Assembly: GCA_951406725.2 (NCBI GenBank)
Contig: OX597822.1
Location: 105,896,001-105,960,000 of the forward strand
Reading direction: 5' to 3'
Length of the DNA: 64,000 nt
Source of the DNA: Octopus vulgaris
Taxonomy: Eukaryota
Below are positions 1-13,769 of this stretch, in pieces. The notes below the pieces were generated by a model. The model had not been told where the DNA came from, ran no database searches, and was given only the letters and a program-made list of their open reading frames with translations. A program made the position numbers and the translations under genes. How positions within the stretch are numbered: position 1 is the stretch's first letter; each line of letters begins with the position of its first letter.

Positions 1-494
1 TTTTTTTAAGCTAACCCTATTAACTATGCGTATCGGCTCTTCATTTTGAACTCCCTACTCGCTCCCTGGAAAATAGATAGTGTCATTTTCGGAATATTTT
101 ATAAACATATCGATTAAATTTCATAAACTGAATGGCCACAACATTTTTGCATGTTGCATTTTATATTTTATAGTTTAACTTTTGGAATATTTAGAAGCCA
201 AATTAACCACTTGTTGATAATTCATGCTCAACGTTTATTAGTTTGTGATGAACATTATGATTTCCTATATTTTCCGCCTGTCTAATTTCTCATGAAGGGA
301 ATATATTATTCCCTTTTACATTTGTATTCGGCTTTAAATGCTTAATACATATCTATTGCTCTTCTGCAGAGTGAGGATCTCATTGCCAAGTGCCTTTATG
401 AGGCATGGCTGATTTCGATAAAGATTACTACCATTTGCTTACATGTTGTCTCATACATACAGACATGTGGGTGTATGTATGTATGTATTCTATG

Positions 495-540
<46 letters not shown>

Positions 541-611
541 ATATAATATATTATATTATATGTATATAATAAAACAGACGTGTGTATGTATATATGTGTA
601 TATATGTTTAT

Positions 612-652
<41 letters not shown>

Positions 653-665
653 TATACATATATAT

Positions 666-703
<38 letters not shown>

Positions 704-1639
704 TCACATACATTCATATGCATATGTGTCGCTTGAGTTGTGTTGTACGTTCATCCTATAGAGATATTATTTCCGTTTTTGAATATCGATCCATGAAAAA
801 GTGATGTGTCTATCCTGTCATGAACTATGATCACCAGCGGCTCTACACAACTGTTTATACACAGATCTGACGTCGGAGATGATTAATGGGGTATAGTGAG
901 AACAGAAACATTAACTAACTCATACGTTATTTGCCAATGTCATGAAACTATATGCTGTAACAATCTTGATTGACATCGTAAATAACTTCACTGAGTTGCT
1001 CATCTATGAACTTGTTACATCGGTTTAAAGCGAAAATGGTTATTTCTACACACGGGTTGAACGTAAATATATTTTACATTGGATAATACGATTAAAACAT
1101 CCATTATATTTACATGAACGATTTAAAACATGTTATCTTTTAATTCAAAGGCTTAGTGGGGGGAAATTTTAAATGTAAAATTTTCAGAAAAGGATTTCTT
1201 TATTGCAGCTAAGCCACTCGTTATGAGCCTTTTTAGTGATTAGTTTGAAAGCTTGGGATGTCAGCTATGTAACAGTTGACTTTGATTGATGTGGTTTTGG
1301 TTTGAATGTGAAAATCTGCAAACAATCCATGTATTTCATTCCCATTTTTCTTCATTCATTTTCTTCAGTTATCAATACTCTTCAGCGTTGGAAAATCATA
1401 CAAAGTTATTATCCACAATTTCAGGTTTTACTGAGAAGGACTTTTGTGGTCAGGAAGTACTTTACTGTTATTATTTTATAAGGCATTAGATTATTACAAG
1501 CAAAACCAACGCTGCTTTAATACGAAATTAGATAAATGTCACCTTTAAATATAATACGAAACATTCTACTGTTACCTAGTAACATCAGCTTTTTCCAAGA
1601 TAATCTTTATATATATATCCAGTCTATTTTGGAGCTGGT

Positions 1640-1990
1640 GTATCGCTAAATGATGTCACTACAGTATAACAGTTTTGGTATCACTATAGAACATTATATA
1701 GTTTGATAATATCACCATAGTATATTATATATTTAACTGACATCCCTATAGTATATTACATATTTTGATGCTATCACGACAGTATTTAGATATTGTGTCG
1801 AAATAACATATATTATATAGTGTGGTGATATCATTGTAGTATCTTATATAGCTCGATAATAACTATATTGTATATTATATAGATTGATGATATTGCTATA
1901 GTTCATGACATAGTTTAATGATATCACAGTGACGTTTTATCCAAGTTGATGCTTTCAGAACAGTATATCATACAGTGGTATGTTTTATCA
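1640..1990. repeat. Degenerate ~31-bp minisatellite, ~10 units
   Basis: Units such as TATCACTATAGAACATTATATAGTTTGATAA and TATCACCATAGTATATTATATATTTAACTGA. Confidence 0.7.
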
Positions 1991-2016
1991 TATAGTAGTA
2001 CGTTTTATTTGTCACT

Positions 2017-2220
2017 GGAGAATGACTGGTTGTGATGACGAGGGTCCCAACTGATACGATCAGCGGAACAGCTTTGCTCGTCAAATTAACGAGCAAGTGA
2101 CTGAGCACTCCACAGACACCTGTACCTTTAACACAGTTCTCAGAGATATTCAGCGTGGCGCAGAATGTGGCAAGGCTGACCTTTTCAAATACAAGTACTA
2201 CTCATTTTTGCCAGCTGAGT
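2017..2220 (-). mobile_element. 5'-truncated SINE, end of core B + tail 3
   Basis: On the minus strand, ACTCAGCTGGCAAAAATGAGT is joined to the tail seen at 51310-51490. Confidence 0.75.
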
Positions 2221-2261
2221 ATGTACGTATGTATGTATGTATATGCATGCATGTATGTATG

Positions 2262-2470
2262 TAGGGGGAGAGTTCACGAAAAAACCAAAAGACGAAGACA
2301 AGTGGTGTACAAAACAAACAGCTGTATTATTATAACGCTCAGGTACTGAAAAAGTCTTTTACGTTTCAAGCCTATGCTCTTCTACAGAAAGGGACACAGA
2401 AAAAACAAGGAGAGAAACAAGGAGGGAAAACATGTGTGTAGTGGCTACCGATCTATCATGGCGACTGCCG
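2262..2470 (-). mobile_element. Short PLE-derived element with a hammerhead-like motif (2356-2391, core CTGTAGA)
   Basis: Minus strand reads cttt CTGTAGA a-gagc-atag-gctt GAAACGTA aaag. A highly similar copy lies at 21663-21870 and a truncated one at 14370-14480. Flanked by (TATG)n. Confidence 0.65.
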
Positions 2471-2497
2471 GACAGAAGACTCACACATATATATGTG

Positions 2498-2529
<32 letters not shown>

Positions 2530-3111
2530 TGTATGTATGTATGTATGTATGTATGTATGTGTGTGTGTATGTATGTATGTGTGTGTGTGTGTGTCTGTAT
2601 GTATTAACTATGCAAAAGAAATGATTATTTTTGCTTCGTTATATACAGATTGACAAACTATCCTTTTGTTAATATTTTATAGTAATAGTTCTTATTGAAG
2701 ATTCTGCATTTTGATATTCTGACGTCGTTTTCATTTCTTCTCAAACATTTAATAATAGTTAGATCGCATATGGTACAAAGGGAGTTAATTTAAACTATAA
2801 GGGCTACGAAAACATTGCAAATGAAATGTGTCAAAGATGACAATTAAACAATAAATAGGAGGCGATTTTATAGAATATGTCTTATATAGCCGGAAGGAAA
2901 GCTCATTAAAGGCTGTATCTCATGTATTCTTGTTCCAATTGCTAACGGGAAATACATCGATGAAAGCTGTGTATGTATATATTCAGTGAATTTAAAGATG
3001 CAATGACAGGTGTAATTTCTTTTTAATGCAGAATCGGTAAATCAAATAGAAAAAGGGATATATTTCATTTTATATATTGTTTGTGCTAGTGTATGTGCAT
3101 GTATATATGCG

Positions 3112-3160
<49 letters not shown>

Positions 3161-3174
3161 ATGTTTGTGTAGGA

Positions 3175-3218
<44 letters not shown>

Positions 3219-3219
<1 letters not shown>

Positions 3220-3468
3220 GGAGGCGCGTGGCTTAGTGGTTAGGGTGTCAGCATCATGATCGTAAGATTGTGGTTTCAATTCCTGGACCAGGTGACGCGT
3301 TGTGTTCTTGAGCAAAGCACTTCATTTCACGTTGCTCCAGTCCACTCAGCTGGCAAAAATGAGTAACTCTGCGATGGACTGGCCTCCCATCCAGCTGGGG
3401 AACACATACACCATTGAAACCGGAAAACCGGACCCATGAGCCTGGCTAGGCTTTAAAAGGGCGCATTT
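3219..3468 (+). mobile_element. SINE, core B (CORE-like) + tail 4
   Basis: tRNA-like head TGGCTTAGTGGTTAG...GGTTTCAATTCC, then TGTGTTCTTGAGCAAAGCACTT...CTCAGCTGGCAAAAATGAGT. Confidence 0.8.
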
Positions 3469-4036
3469 ATATATATATATATATATATATACATGTGTGT
3501 ATGTTTGTGTAGGAAATACTCCAGCCTCTTGATAACAGGCGTGCTGTTACCCTCTTTGTCTCTCTCTCTCTCTCTCTCTTACTCTCTCTCACTCTCTCTC
3601 TCTCTCTTTCATTCTTCTGTCTCTGCTACATTTTCCTCTGTTCCTCGAAGAGAGCTGTTCTCGTACGTCCATCGCCGAGCGCCCCCTCCTCGTACTGGTG
3701 CACCCAACTCCTTCAGTCCTTTCTCTCATGAGCATTGGCCTTCTGAAAATCATCAGCTCCTACTATGTCTTTCATATCTCGTATCTGGTCATCTGAAACA
3801 GAACACTTGTACATGAATGTTATCAACGTCACTAGTCTCACAACAAGGTCACGACCTCTCACAATATTCCTGCCAAGACCATACCCAATGCTCCATCTTC
3901 CAAATTTAATGGGATAACATAAACTTTTGTATGCATTTATATAAGTATGTATGCATGTATGTATATACGTATGTATGTATGTATGTATGTATGTATGTAT
4001 GTATGTATGTATGTATGTATGTATGTATGTATGTAT

Positions 4037-4378
4037 GTGAAGGCGCATGGCTCAGTGGTTAGAGCGTCGAGCTTACGATCGTGATGTTGTGAGATCGAAT
4101 CCCGGACCGGGCTGCGTGTTGTGTTCTTGAGCAAGGCACTTTATTTCACGTTGCTCCAGTTCACTCAGCTGTAGAAATGAGTTGCGACGTCACGGGTGCC
4201 AAGCTGTATCGGCCCCTTTGCCTTTCCTTTTGGATAACACTGGTGGCGTGGAGAGGGGTGGCCAGTATGCATGAGCGACTGCTGGTCTTCCATAAAACAA
4301 CCTTGCCCAGACTTGTGACTAGGAGGGTAACTTTCTAGGTGCAATCCCATGGTCAGTGTCGTAACCGACGGGGGTCTC
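4037..4378 (+). mobile_element. SINE, core B + tail 5
   Basis: tRNA-like head and the same core as 3219. The tail matches 26791-27131. Confidence 0.85.
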
Positions 4379-5666
4379 CCGATATGTATGTATGTATGTA
4401 TATACGTATGTATGTATGCATGTATGTATATATAAAAATATATTTATAGTTGTATTTTTCATGTATCTACGTATGTTTTTGTGTGTATGTATTTTTGTGT
4501 ATGTGTCAGTGTGTATAAATCAAAATTCACACATGAACCCACATAGAAATTGAATGCTATACGTGTTGATGTATGTGTTTAAACATATTCAATATACCAA
4601 CAACCCGAGTCCAGCTTCAAGACTATCACTTTTTTGTTGAACTGTTCATATCTTTCTATAGTTTTACGCTTTTCAAATTTTTTCTGTATACATTTCTATA
4701 CAGTTTATTTTTCTTTATATCTCTCTCGTTTTCACCGTCATAATTTATGTCTATCCAGAGTCTTAGCTTTATGTTTACCCTTTGTGTCATATATAAACTG
4801 GCCTTTCTGTTCCACTACGTAACGTAACTTCTCACCTACAGTTAAGTCACAGTTCATACATTTCTGCAGTAAATAAAGTTCAACTGCCACTTTGTTCCTT
4901 CTCTTTTTTTCTTAGTTTTTTTTTTTCTTCATATGAAAAAGGATTTATCACAATTGTTCTACTCAGACTTTCCCACACATTCCAAGAACTTCCCAGACGT
5001 ATGTTATTGATGCAGATTTTATTCCTCTTGAATTACTGAAAGCAGACGACTGCAAATAATAGACGTGCTGTGAGAGAATTTTAAAGTATCGAAGTTCTAG
5101 AGAGAGCAGACTTGGCGAATTGGCAACGAGATAGTGAAGGCAGATACAATGCGAAAAAAGGAGAGAGTCGTGAATTCTCTAAGAGAAGATGCCTGAAGAG
5201 AACAACTGTGGAGAGAGTGAGATAGATCCATTCTATCTATAGACTACAAGTTAAAGTATGCTTGTGATAGGTTCAATATGTTGGAGAAGCGAGCTGTTAG
5301 TGGCTGTCTCCGTTTTGAAATGTTGGAAGTAATTTCCATAAGACGGAAGTTGGCAGGGTCGAAGATTACTCTTCTTGGTAATACGACACTGTAATACGCT
5401 CCAAATATCAGAATATTCTTCTGTAGAAAGTGGTTGAAGTGTTTGCTGAGGGATGGGAGTGTTGCGTGGTGGTAATGGAAAGACTATTGTGAGAGGTAGT
5501 GACCTTGTTGACTGAAAGCCTTGTGGTCATTTTGGTGAAGTGGAAATGAATAGTTTTGAGGGCGATTCACCACGTATATGTAGCATAGAGTTGGACTGAC
5601 TTCTATATGTGTTTATTGTCGAATAATTTTATCAATTTAGGTTTGGATTGCTTTCAAACTTTCTGT

Positions 5667-5750
<84 letters not shown>

Positions 5751-6721
5751 ATGCGTCTGTGTTTGTAGGAGTAGAAAATATAATCTTACTATGAACCAGA
5801 GGCTTAATGTTTCGTAAAACCAAATTGTACAGCAGATAAATAGCAATGATTTCTGAACCAGACACAAGACCAGCAATATTGCGTGGAGGCGTTTAGTCGA
5901 TAACATCGACCCAGGTACTTATTTTAGTACTGTACTGTATCGACCCTGAATAGAAGTGAAGTTAAAGTGGACCTTGACGGAATTTGATCGCGAAACACAA
6001 ATTAAGGGGAGGAAGAAGTATATCAAAGCATTCTTCTGCTGCTCTGAGGCATCAAATCAGCTTGCTACCCTGTAACAGTTAATAAATACAATGACGTACA
6101 GAAAGTAGCTTCTCATTTCTCAAAAGCCCTGTCCACGTCGCTAGAATTATTTAAAGCTGGTGCAATTTTCCTTTATACTATAAGTAGCACGTTTATTATT
6201 TGCAGTCGTCTCATTTCAGTAATTCAAAAGGAATAAAAACTGCATAAATAGCATTGGTTTGGGGAGTTCTAGGAATGTGTGGGAAACTACAAGTAGCTTC
6301 CCAGTGTAGTTTCTGTTGTTGGATAAAGTTTTTTGCCATAGACTAAAATTCTATCCCGGAAAAAATTAACCTTAATTCTCTTAACGGAATACTGATAGAC
6401 ACCACTGTAGCGTCATTCTTCTAAACTACCAAGAACCATCCCGCGGAAACAACAAAACAATAACTGGAAAATGGTTAAGTGTTAAATATTAATTTGAAAC
6501 TTAACTATGGTTGTTTTTTAATTAATGAGAAACATGTGTAAACTACATTACCAAATCTTGATTAGTAAGCATTATCATCTAATAACAGCAGTATTTGAAC
6601 TTGGGATGTAAAGGAAGCTAATAAAATACCAGGTGGTTAATATATTGGTTTCAAATTTTGGTCGAAAGGCCAGCAATTTCGGGCAGGGGCTAAGTCGATT
6701 ACGTTGACATCAGTGTTCAAC

Positions 6722-7920
6722 TTTGGTGAACATAGTGAAACTTTTGGAATTCAATAGACTTTTCAATAGCATAAATACAAATATATAATTCACAATGAAA
6801 CACAACGAAAAGGAACCCCTTTTCTAGATATAATAAGTAAAAAAGTAAATAAAGAAAACAGAAACCGACATATTTTACAAAACTAGAGGCTGGAAACAAT
6901 ACTTATTATTTAGCTCTTGCCACACGAGTCGTTAAAATAAACATCCTATTCAATCTAGTGAGAAGAATCTGCACTATAGTGTCGGAAAAAAACATCAGAG
7001 AACTCAGACAAGTACTTAAAAACATACTCGTCGACAGGCACTACCCATATTCGCTTATATGGGATAAAACATGTAAAAAGAATTAATATACAAACACTAA
7101 GAGCGGTTAAACAAAGCAACACACCCACTCCAAAATTATTACCTTATATTTTCGCATATAACCCCAGAAACAACGAAGCATATAACACAATTATCTAAAA
7201 TTTTCCAATACTACATAAGGATCCTAAGCTGCATGAAATTCTACGCACCCATAAACTTATTAAAAGCAACAAACGGTCAAAACCACTAAAGCGTACAATC
7301 GCAAATGCAGTGGAGCCGCAATGGCCCAGTGGTTAGGGAAGCAGACTCGCGGTTTCGATTCCCAGACCGGGCGTTGTGTGTGTTTATTGAGCGAAAGCAC
7401 CTAAAGCTCCACGAGGCTCCGACAGGGGGTGGTGGTGGCGACCCCTGTTGTATTCTTTCGCTCCAACTTTCTCTCACTCTTTCTTCCTTGTCCCCGACTT
7501 CCTATGCAACCGCTGAGCCTGGATGCGCATTCATCCATCCGTCGATGCTCTCGGTGTCGGGGATTGACCTGCTTTCTCTTCTGCGGGTCTTACTAATAGC
7601 AAAGGACCACGTTTCGGACTTCTCCCATCTTGCAAGTTCAGGGACGAAGACGTTTCATTCAACAGCAACAGCATCACCATCAGCAACAGCTCGCAAATGC
7701 AAAACGATACTCAAAAGTAACGGAAGCGAAAGTTAAAAATATGAACGACCGAATTGTGGAACATGTTCCAACATAATGGAAGGCTCAACATTTTAAACCA
7801 GAACAAAAATTTAAAATTAAAACTGACTTCATATGCGCCTATGAAAATATCATCTACATCATAAAATGTTCCGGCTACCGTAGAAACTATATAGGTTCAA
7901 CAGGAATGTCCCAAAACTGC
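6722..7920 (+). mobile_element. Decayed Penelope-like retroelement (RT C-terminus, Cys linker, GIY-YIG endonuclease), interrupted by a SINE
   Basis: Frameshifted motifs FTMKHNEKE/PFLDII, TDIFYK, QYLLFSSCH and FNLVRRICTIVS. After the SINE come RPNCGTCSNI and ENIIYIIKCSGYRRNYIGSTG. A CxxC linker before GIY-YIG is typical of Neptune-type PLEs. Confidence 0.85.
7310..7690 (+). mobile_element. tRNA-derived SINE, core A + tail 1, 11-bp TSD
   Basis: A box TGGCCCAGTGG and B-box-like GGTTTCGATTCCC. TSD TCGCAAATGCA at 7299-7309 and 7691-7701. CAR-repeat tail. Confidence 0.85.
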
Positions 7921-8431
7921 ATCATACCTGCTTCTAAGGAAGATTAAATCAAAAACTGATTATGATTTCATAACATGAAATCATGATTATCGAAGTGAAA
8001 CCAGTCGACCCTGTACACATTGCAATGGATTAGATAATCTTTATCTACACAAACAAGATACCTTAGTCCTATTATACACACACGCGCGCGCTCAGATAGC
8101 TGAACTAGATTTCTTTATTTGGCCCAAGTCACCTGACAGTAAATCAAAACCATTTGATTCCAAGATTTATTTATGTTTAACAATTGAATGAATTTCATGA
8201 AAGCATCTATGAAGCATCAGGAAAATCGTTCAAAATGAAGTCTTCAGCCCAACTGAGTGCCAGTTATGTGTAACTCTTACCAAATACTTTGAGCGCCAAC
8301 TTCTTTCGTCTCTTTACTCATTCTTGTACTAACATACATACATACGTACACGTACACACACATACATATATATATACATATACATATACACACAAACACA
8401 CACATACGCACACATGCATACATATAGATAG

Positions 8432-8466
<35 letters not shown>

Positions 8467-8468
<2 letters not shown>

Positions 8469-8777
8469 GAGGCGCAATGGCCCAGTGGTTAGGGCAGTAG
8501 ACTCGTGGTTGTAGAATCGCGGTTTCGATTCCCAGACCGGGCGTTGTGAGTGTTTATTGAACGAAAGCACCTAAAGCTCCACGAGGCTTCGGCAGGGGGT
8601 GGTGGCGATCCCTGCTCTACTCTTTCGCCACAACTTTCTCTCACTCTTTCTTCTGTTGGCCTGCTCGCTTAGCCAGCGGGGTGGCGTCATTTGAAGGCTA
8701 AAACAATGCGAAGCGCATTGTGACCAGCGATGTGTAGCAACATCAGATAGCCTGGTCGGTGACGGTGACGGTGACGG

Positions 8778-8779
<2 letters not shown>
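8467..8779 (+). mobile_element. SINE, core A + tail 2
   Basis: Same head and core as 7310 but a different 3' part, ending in (GGTGAC)n. Confidence 0.85.
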
Positions 8780-8829
<50 letters not shown>

Positions 8830-10186
8830 ATTTATGTATGCACACACACACATACAAATAAATGTCTTTTATCTGTAATGCTATATTGAAAATAAACCAA
8901 CTTAGATCCTACCGGTATCAGTATCTCAGCGACATTGATCTTCGTGTTACTTAATCGCTATTTGAACTAGGATGTTCGATTAACATTTTCAATAACATTC
9001 AGTTTGAAAGCCATCTATATTATAAATATCATTTATATATTTCCTGAGCTGCTATTCAAAAATGAGAGAGAGAGAGAGCCCCTTTAAGACAAGAAATATT
9101 ATAACAATAGAGAGGAAACTGATTCCATTCCGATAGTTGATTTTAATGGATTTTTCTCGGTCAGTTAATAAGTTCTATGAGCATGAGATTCTCTCAAAGG
9201 TATAAAGCTTTTATATTATTTATTTTTGTCGAAATATAACGGAATTGTTAATGAATTTGGCAGTTGTTGTTCTGTATGAAATTTAAAGATATAAAATTTT
9301 TTTGTAATCCGATAGAAATATATACATACATTGCTGTATGTATATATTTCGTATTTACACACATACGCATACACAACAATATTCTTTGTTGCATTGATGC
9401 TATTGTTCGTGGTATAAATTTTACAATTGTTGATTGTGATTATGATTTTATATCTTTACATAGCTTTGTTGTTCTTAGTTATCATATACGATAGCGCTGA
9501 ATGCTTAATGAAATTGTTTTAATTAAAACTTTTGATGATCAATGAAAGCGATTATAAAAGAAGTTTTAGAATTTAGACGATGCTATTGCAGTCCAACGAT
9601 ACAAAAGAACTGCCAACAGTCATTTTTCATGGTTTGCTCCATCGAACAACGAATAAACACCTGAACCGATCAATAGGCGAAAGAGCAATTTTAGCTGTAG
9701 GTTATATTGTTCTGAAGACATAGATCAAACTTTAGTGTTCCGCTTTCTCAGTTTTGAATTGCTTGAATGCTTTTGCAGAATGTTAGCCACACAAGCAGTT
9801 TTAATCTAATATATCATCTAATAGGCAGACAAATAGAAACTTCCGATATTTCTTGAAATGGAATTTTAGATATGGTTCGGAGAGTAAATATCCTCAAAAG
9901 GAAACAGTTATTACAAGAATTTGAACACATATTTATATTTGTAAATACAAACACACAAACATCCATCTACTTCATTAGCTAACAACTTAACTATTGCCTA
10001 AGCTTTATATACATATTATGTATGAGTATGTGTGTGTGCTTGTGTGTATGCGTACGTTCGCATGTGTGGGTAATTATATATGAATATGTGTGTACATTGT
10101 GCGCGTGAGCATGCCTTTGCATGTTTGGATGATTGTATATTTATGTGTGTGTGTATGTGTGTGTGTTTGTGTAAGTGCATTATATA

Positions 10187-10232
<46 letters not shown>

Positions 10233-10639
10233 CTACACATATGCATACATATGTAATGTGTGTATGTGTGTGTGTGTGGCGCGCGCGCGTCTTTGACATT
10301 ACGTGTCTGTTCTCTATTACCGATCTACAGATGTACAGTTGTTCTGAAGTAATTGATACATTTCTGGATTACTCGTATTCTCAATCTGTAATGTTTCACG
10401 CTATTTCCATAAGTTACACTATCCCGGGTCGAAAATTAGTGACTGGCCTATCAGATATCCATTATCAATTGCATCAAAATTCCTGTTTTAGAAACGCTGT
10501 AAATGAAAATTTATCGATGTTACTAGAAATCGAAGTCGGCAAGTTTTAAAGATAATACTTAGCTAGTGACATTCCCGAGAGATTCACAAATGGAATGTAG
10601 GAATAGCATGATTTATCCAGGTAATGAATTCTGAATCCG

Positions 10640-11030
10640 TCCTGCAGGTCGAAGTCTCAGCTACTAATTTCGAAGCATGGTACTCGCCAATATTCTATTG
10701 CTATTAAAACCATCGTTTCGTTTTAAATGGCAAGGGCCAATTTCTTGTCACGAATTAAAATCTAACATCATCCATTGAAATTGTCTTCGGAAAATATAAT
10801 GCTCCTAATAAAGTAAGAAAGCAGGAGAATATGGCCGGATATAGACGTCTAGTAAAAATAGAAGTCATAAATCTTTTTTTATCTGCAAAGAGCTTTCTTC
10901 GTCTGAAGAATATAATGAAGTGGCGCTTGCATATCTATAAAAGAAACCATTATACCGGTCATTCCTTGAGTGGATATCAGACCGTTTTCATTCATCTTGT
11001 TTGTCGTCTGTGAAACATTCACCTATGAAC
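10640..11030 (-). mobile_element. Possible highly decayed Tc1-like transposase remnant
   Basis: Scattered minus-strand motifs FTDD, EDN, NWP and IEYW in the expected order. Confidence 0.3.
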
Positions 11031-12384
11031 TCGTGTTCTCTGTTCATGTAGCTGTCAATATTTCAATTTTGTTAGCCAAAGTTTTTTTCTATTATGGCTT
11101 CGAGAATTTCGAGTTCAAATCGACGTTTCGTTGTGTTTGATGGCAGCTCGTTGTATTTTACATTTCCAAAATTCACCTCTCGGCCCGAAATATGCACTGG
11201 GTAACATGGGAATAAATGTCAAAAGCAACGTCTCGATAACTTAACTTAGGGAAGACTTATCTTCTTGCAATTTCTTAGAACTTTAAATACATTTGCGTTC
11301 GGAAAACGCATATATTATTTATCTTAATAGAAAGTGTAACGTGTCATATTCTTCTGAAGGGAACGGTACGGATTAGTCAGCATTCTGAAATCAATGAAAA
11401 TATATAAACTAGTGAAAAATGTAAGGATACATAAAGAGAAGCAAAACCTTTCAACCTTCCTATCTTGATTTCTGTCATCTTCCTCCCTAGCCAATCCTTA
11501 CACTAAATCTCTTTTTCCGTTTTCCTATATATCTTTCAATGGGTGATGTTGTGTGTCCATTAGTACATTCGCTAGAGGCAGGAGCGTGATGTTTCGTGCA
11601 ACAGATCATCAGAATTATTATGCAATCATTGTGGCGAAACCAGAGTTTTATCGCTTATTTACATAAGTATAAGTTTGCGCTGGTCATTTCTGAGTAAGCC
11701 TACGTTCTTAGGTCTAATCCATTTTATGATTTTATAAAAATATTACATACATTTATACTTATATTTGCTTAGAATTTAGTAAATCAAATAATTCAAAGCC
11801 AGTTACTTGGACAAAGAGTATAAAATATATCCAACAACAAGGTCACAGTCTCTAAATATATTCATACATTTCTTCCTTTTTTTTAATAGTAGGGGCGATG
11901 CTGTCTTCATTACCATCCCTTAACTAAGGGCTACTTTCATTAAGTCTCTTGCCTATGTATACAACTTAATGAATGCTATATTCCAAGAAGGGTTAAAAAT
12001 GATGTCAATTTCTTCAATTAACAATGTATATTATTCTGGAGAATTGGCAATATCAATATTCTATTTACACGCTTGGAAATACTTTAGAAACAAAATATCA
12101 ATAAATGGAATAACACGATGAGAAAATTAACTTCAAATTTCTACTCTTGGTGAAAAGACGAATTGAATTTTTAGTGTTTTGTAGCAATCTGATATCAGAT
12201 AAAAAATATATAAAGAGAAGCAATTCTGATGAAAAGCGATGGAGAGAAAGAGATGATATTAAATATTCAGTCACACAGCAGAGACAGAATTTATGAGCAA
12301 AAGAGAGTTGGTATGAAGAACTAGTATTACTACATATATAAGATTGTATGTATATTGGTATATTAGTATCTGTGTTATGCCCGT

Positions 12385-12456
<72 letters not shown>

Positions 12457-12828
12457 GTGGATAGATAGATAGGTGGATAGATAGATAGAGAGATAAATAG
12501 ATAGATATGTGTGCATCGTATCTTTATTATGAGGCTGTATGTTCGTATAGATTTACTTACGCCTTTATATCTATATTCGTATATATATATAGATAGGTAG
12601 TTAGATAGATAGATAGATAGAAAGATAGATAGATAGATGGATAGATAGATAGGTGGATAGATAGATAGATAGAGAGATAAATAGCTAGATATGTGTGTGC
12701 ATCGTATCTTTATTATGAGGCTGTATGTTCGTATAGATTTACTTACGCCTTTATATCTATATTCGTATATATATATAGATAGGTAGTTAGATAGATAGAT
12801 AGATAGAAAGATAGATAGATAGATAGAC

Positions 12829-12883
<55 letters not shown>

Positions 12884-12888
12884 CAGAC
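12385..12888. repeat. (GATA)n array with a ~186-bp tandem duplication of an embedded unique segment
   Basis: GCATCGTATCTTTATTATGAGGCTG...GATAGGTAGTTAG is identical at 12513 and 12699. Confidence 0.85.
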
Positions 12889-13769
12889 AAAAATGTATAT
12901 ATTCATATACATATGATATGTGTGTCTACAGTGGAAGAGGGGGCGGGCAAATAGAAATATTTTAAAGCGCAATTATATATAATCTGTACTGATCATAAGT
13001 GATAAAAATATATGGAATAAGTAGTCACAAACCATATATTTATGGTAATGGCTTGTTTCAAAAACAAAATCGAATGCAAAAACAAAATAAAAACATCTAT
13101 CGAAACATTTTACGTATTCCGTTTATTTAATTCCACTCTGAGATTTCTAATTAATACTTTGGACGAGAATATATATTTTTAAATTTGGAAGCAAGCATTG
13201 ACATCGCCAATAGTAATGTGCCGGTTTCGTAGTAATCCCATAATCGATAAAAAAAAAATGTCAATACAAACATTAATCTCAAAATACAAAAACATTAATG
13301 AAATATCAAAGTCATGATCAATCGATCAATCAGACAGTATCAGTGGACGCTTTAAATAATCGATATTCTTCGGGAAAATAAATTATGTAATAAAATCTGT
13401 CAGATTCTTTGAAAGAGGAAATGACCAAAACTTTTATATTTGCTATTAAATGTTGACTCTATGGGTCAGACCAGGCACATTTTAGTTCGTTATTACCTGT
13501 TTATCAAATTCATACGAGATGTATCACTGCGCCCAGCAAAAGATATCAGTGAATTGGCGAAAAGAGAAAAACTTGGATATATAAATTGCTGATTACATTA
13601 TTAACTGTAAATTGTTGATGTTGTTATTGCTGTTACTGTGTAGTCTAAGATCATTGGTGAGTCAGCTGACTAACGTGTAGGCAAAGGCAGTCGAGTAGTG
13701 CCCATTCCATCTATAGACACGCACGCACACACACATTCACACATAATATGTATATATATATATATATAT

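Noticed and set aside
1-430. Possible Penelope 3' end at the window start
   Set aside because: Only a vague FILNSL-like resemblance, with no recognisable hammerhead or GIY-YIG motif.
1640-1990. Regular ~31-bp periodicity that could suggest a CRISPR array
   Set aside because: It is a degenerate head-to-tail minisatellite with no unique spacers and no cas genes, in eukaryotic context.
8467-8545. tRNA-like sequences at SINE heads
   Set aside because: They have A/B boxes but no complete cloverleaf and continue into SINE bodies, so they are not tRNA genes.
12226-12240. Isolated CTGATGA/CTGAAGA matches (also near 5193, 21570, 36414, 61173 and 63707)
   Set aside because: They lack a stem II + GAAA + NUH arrangement and are expected by chance.
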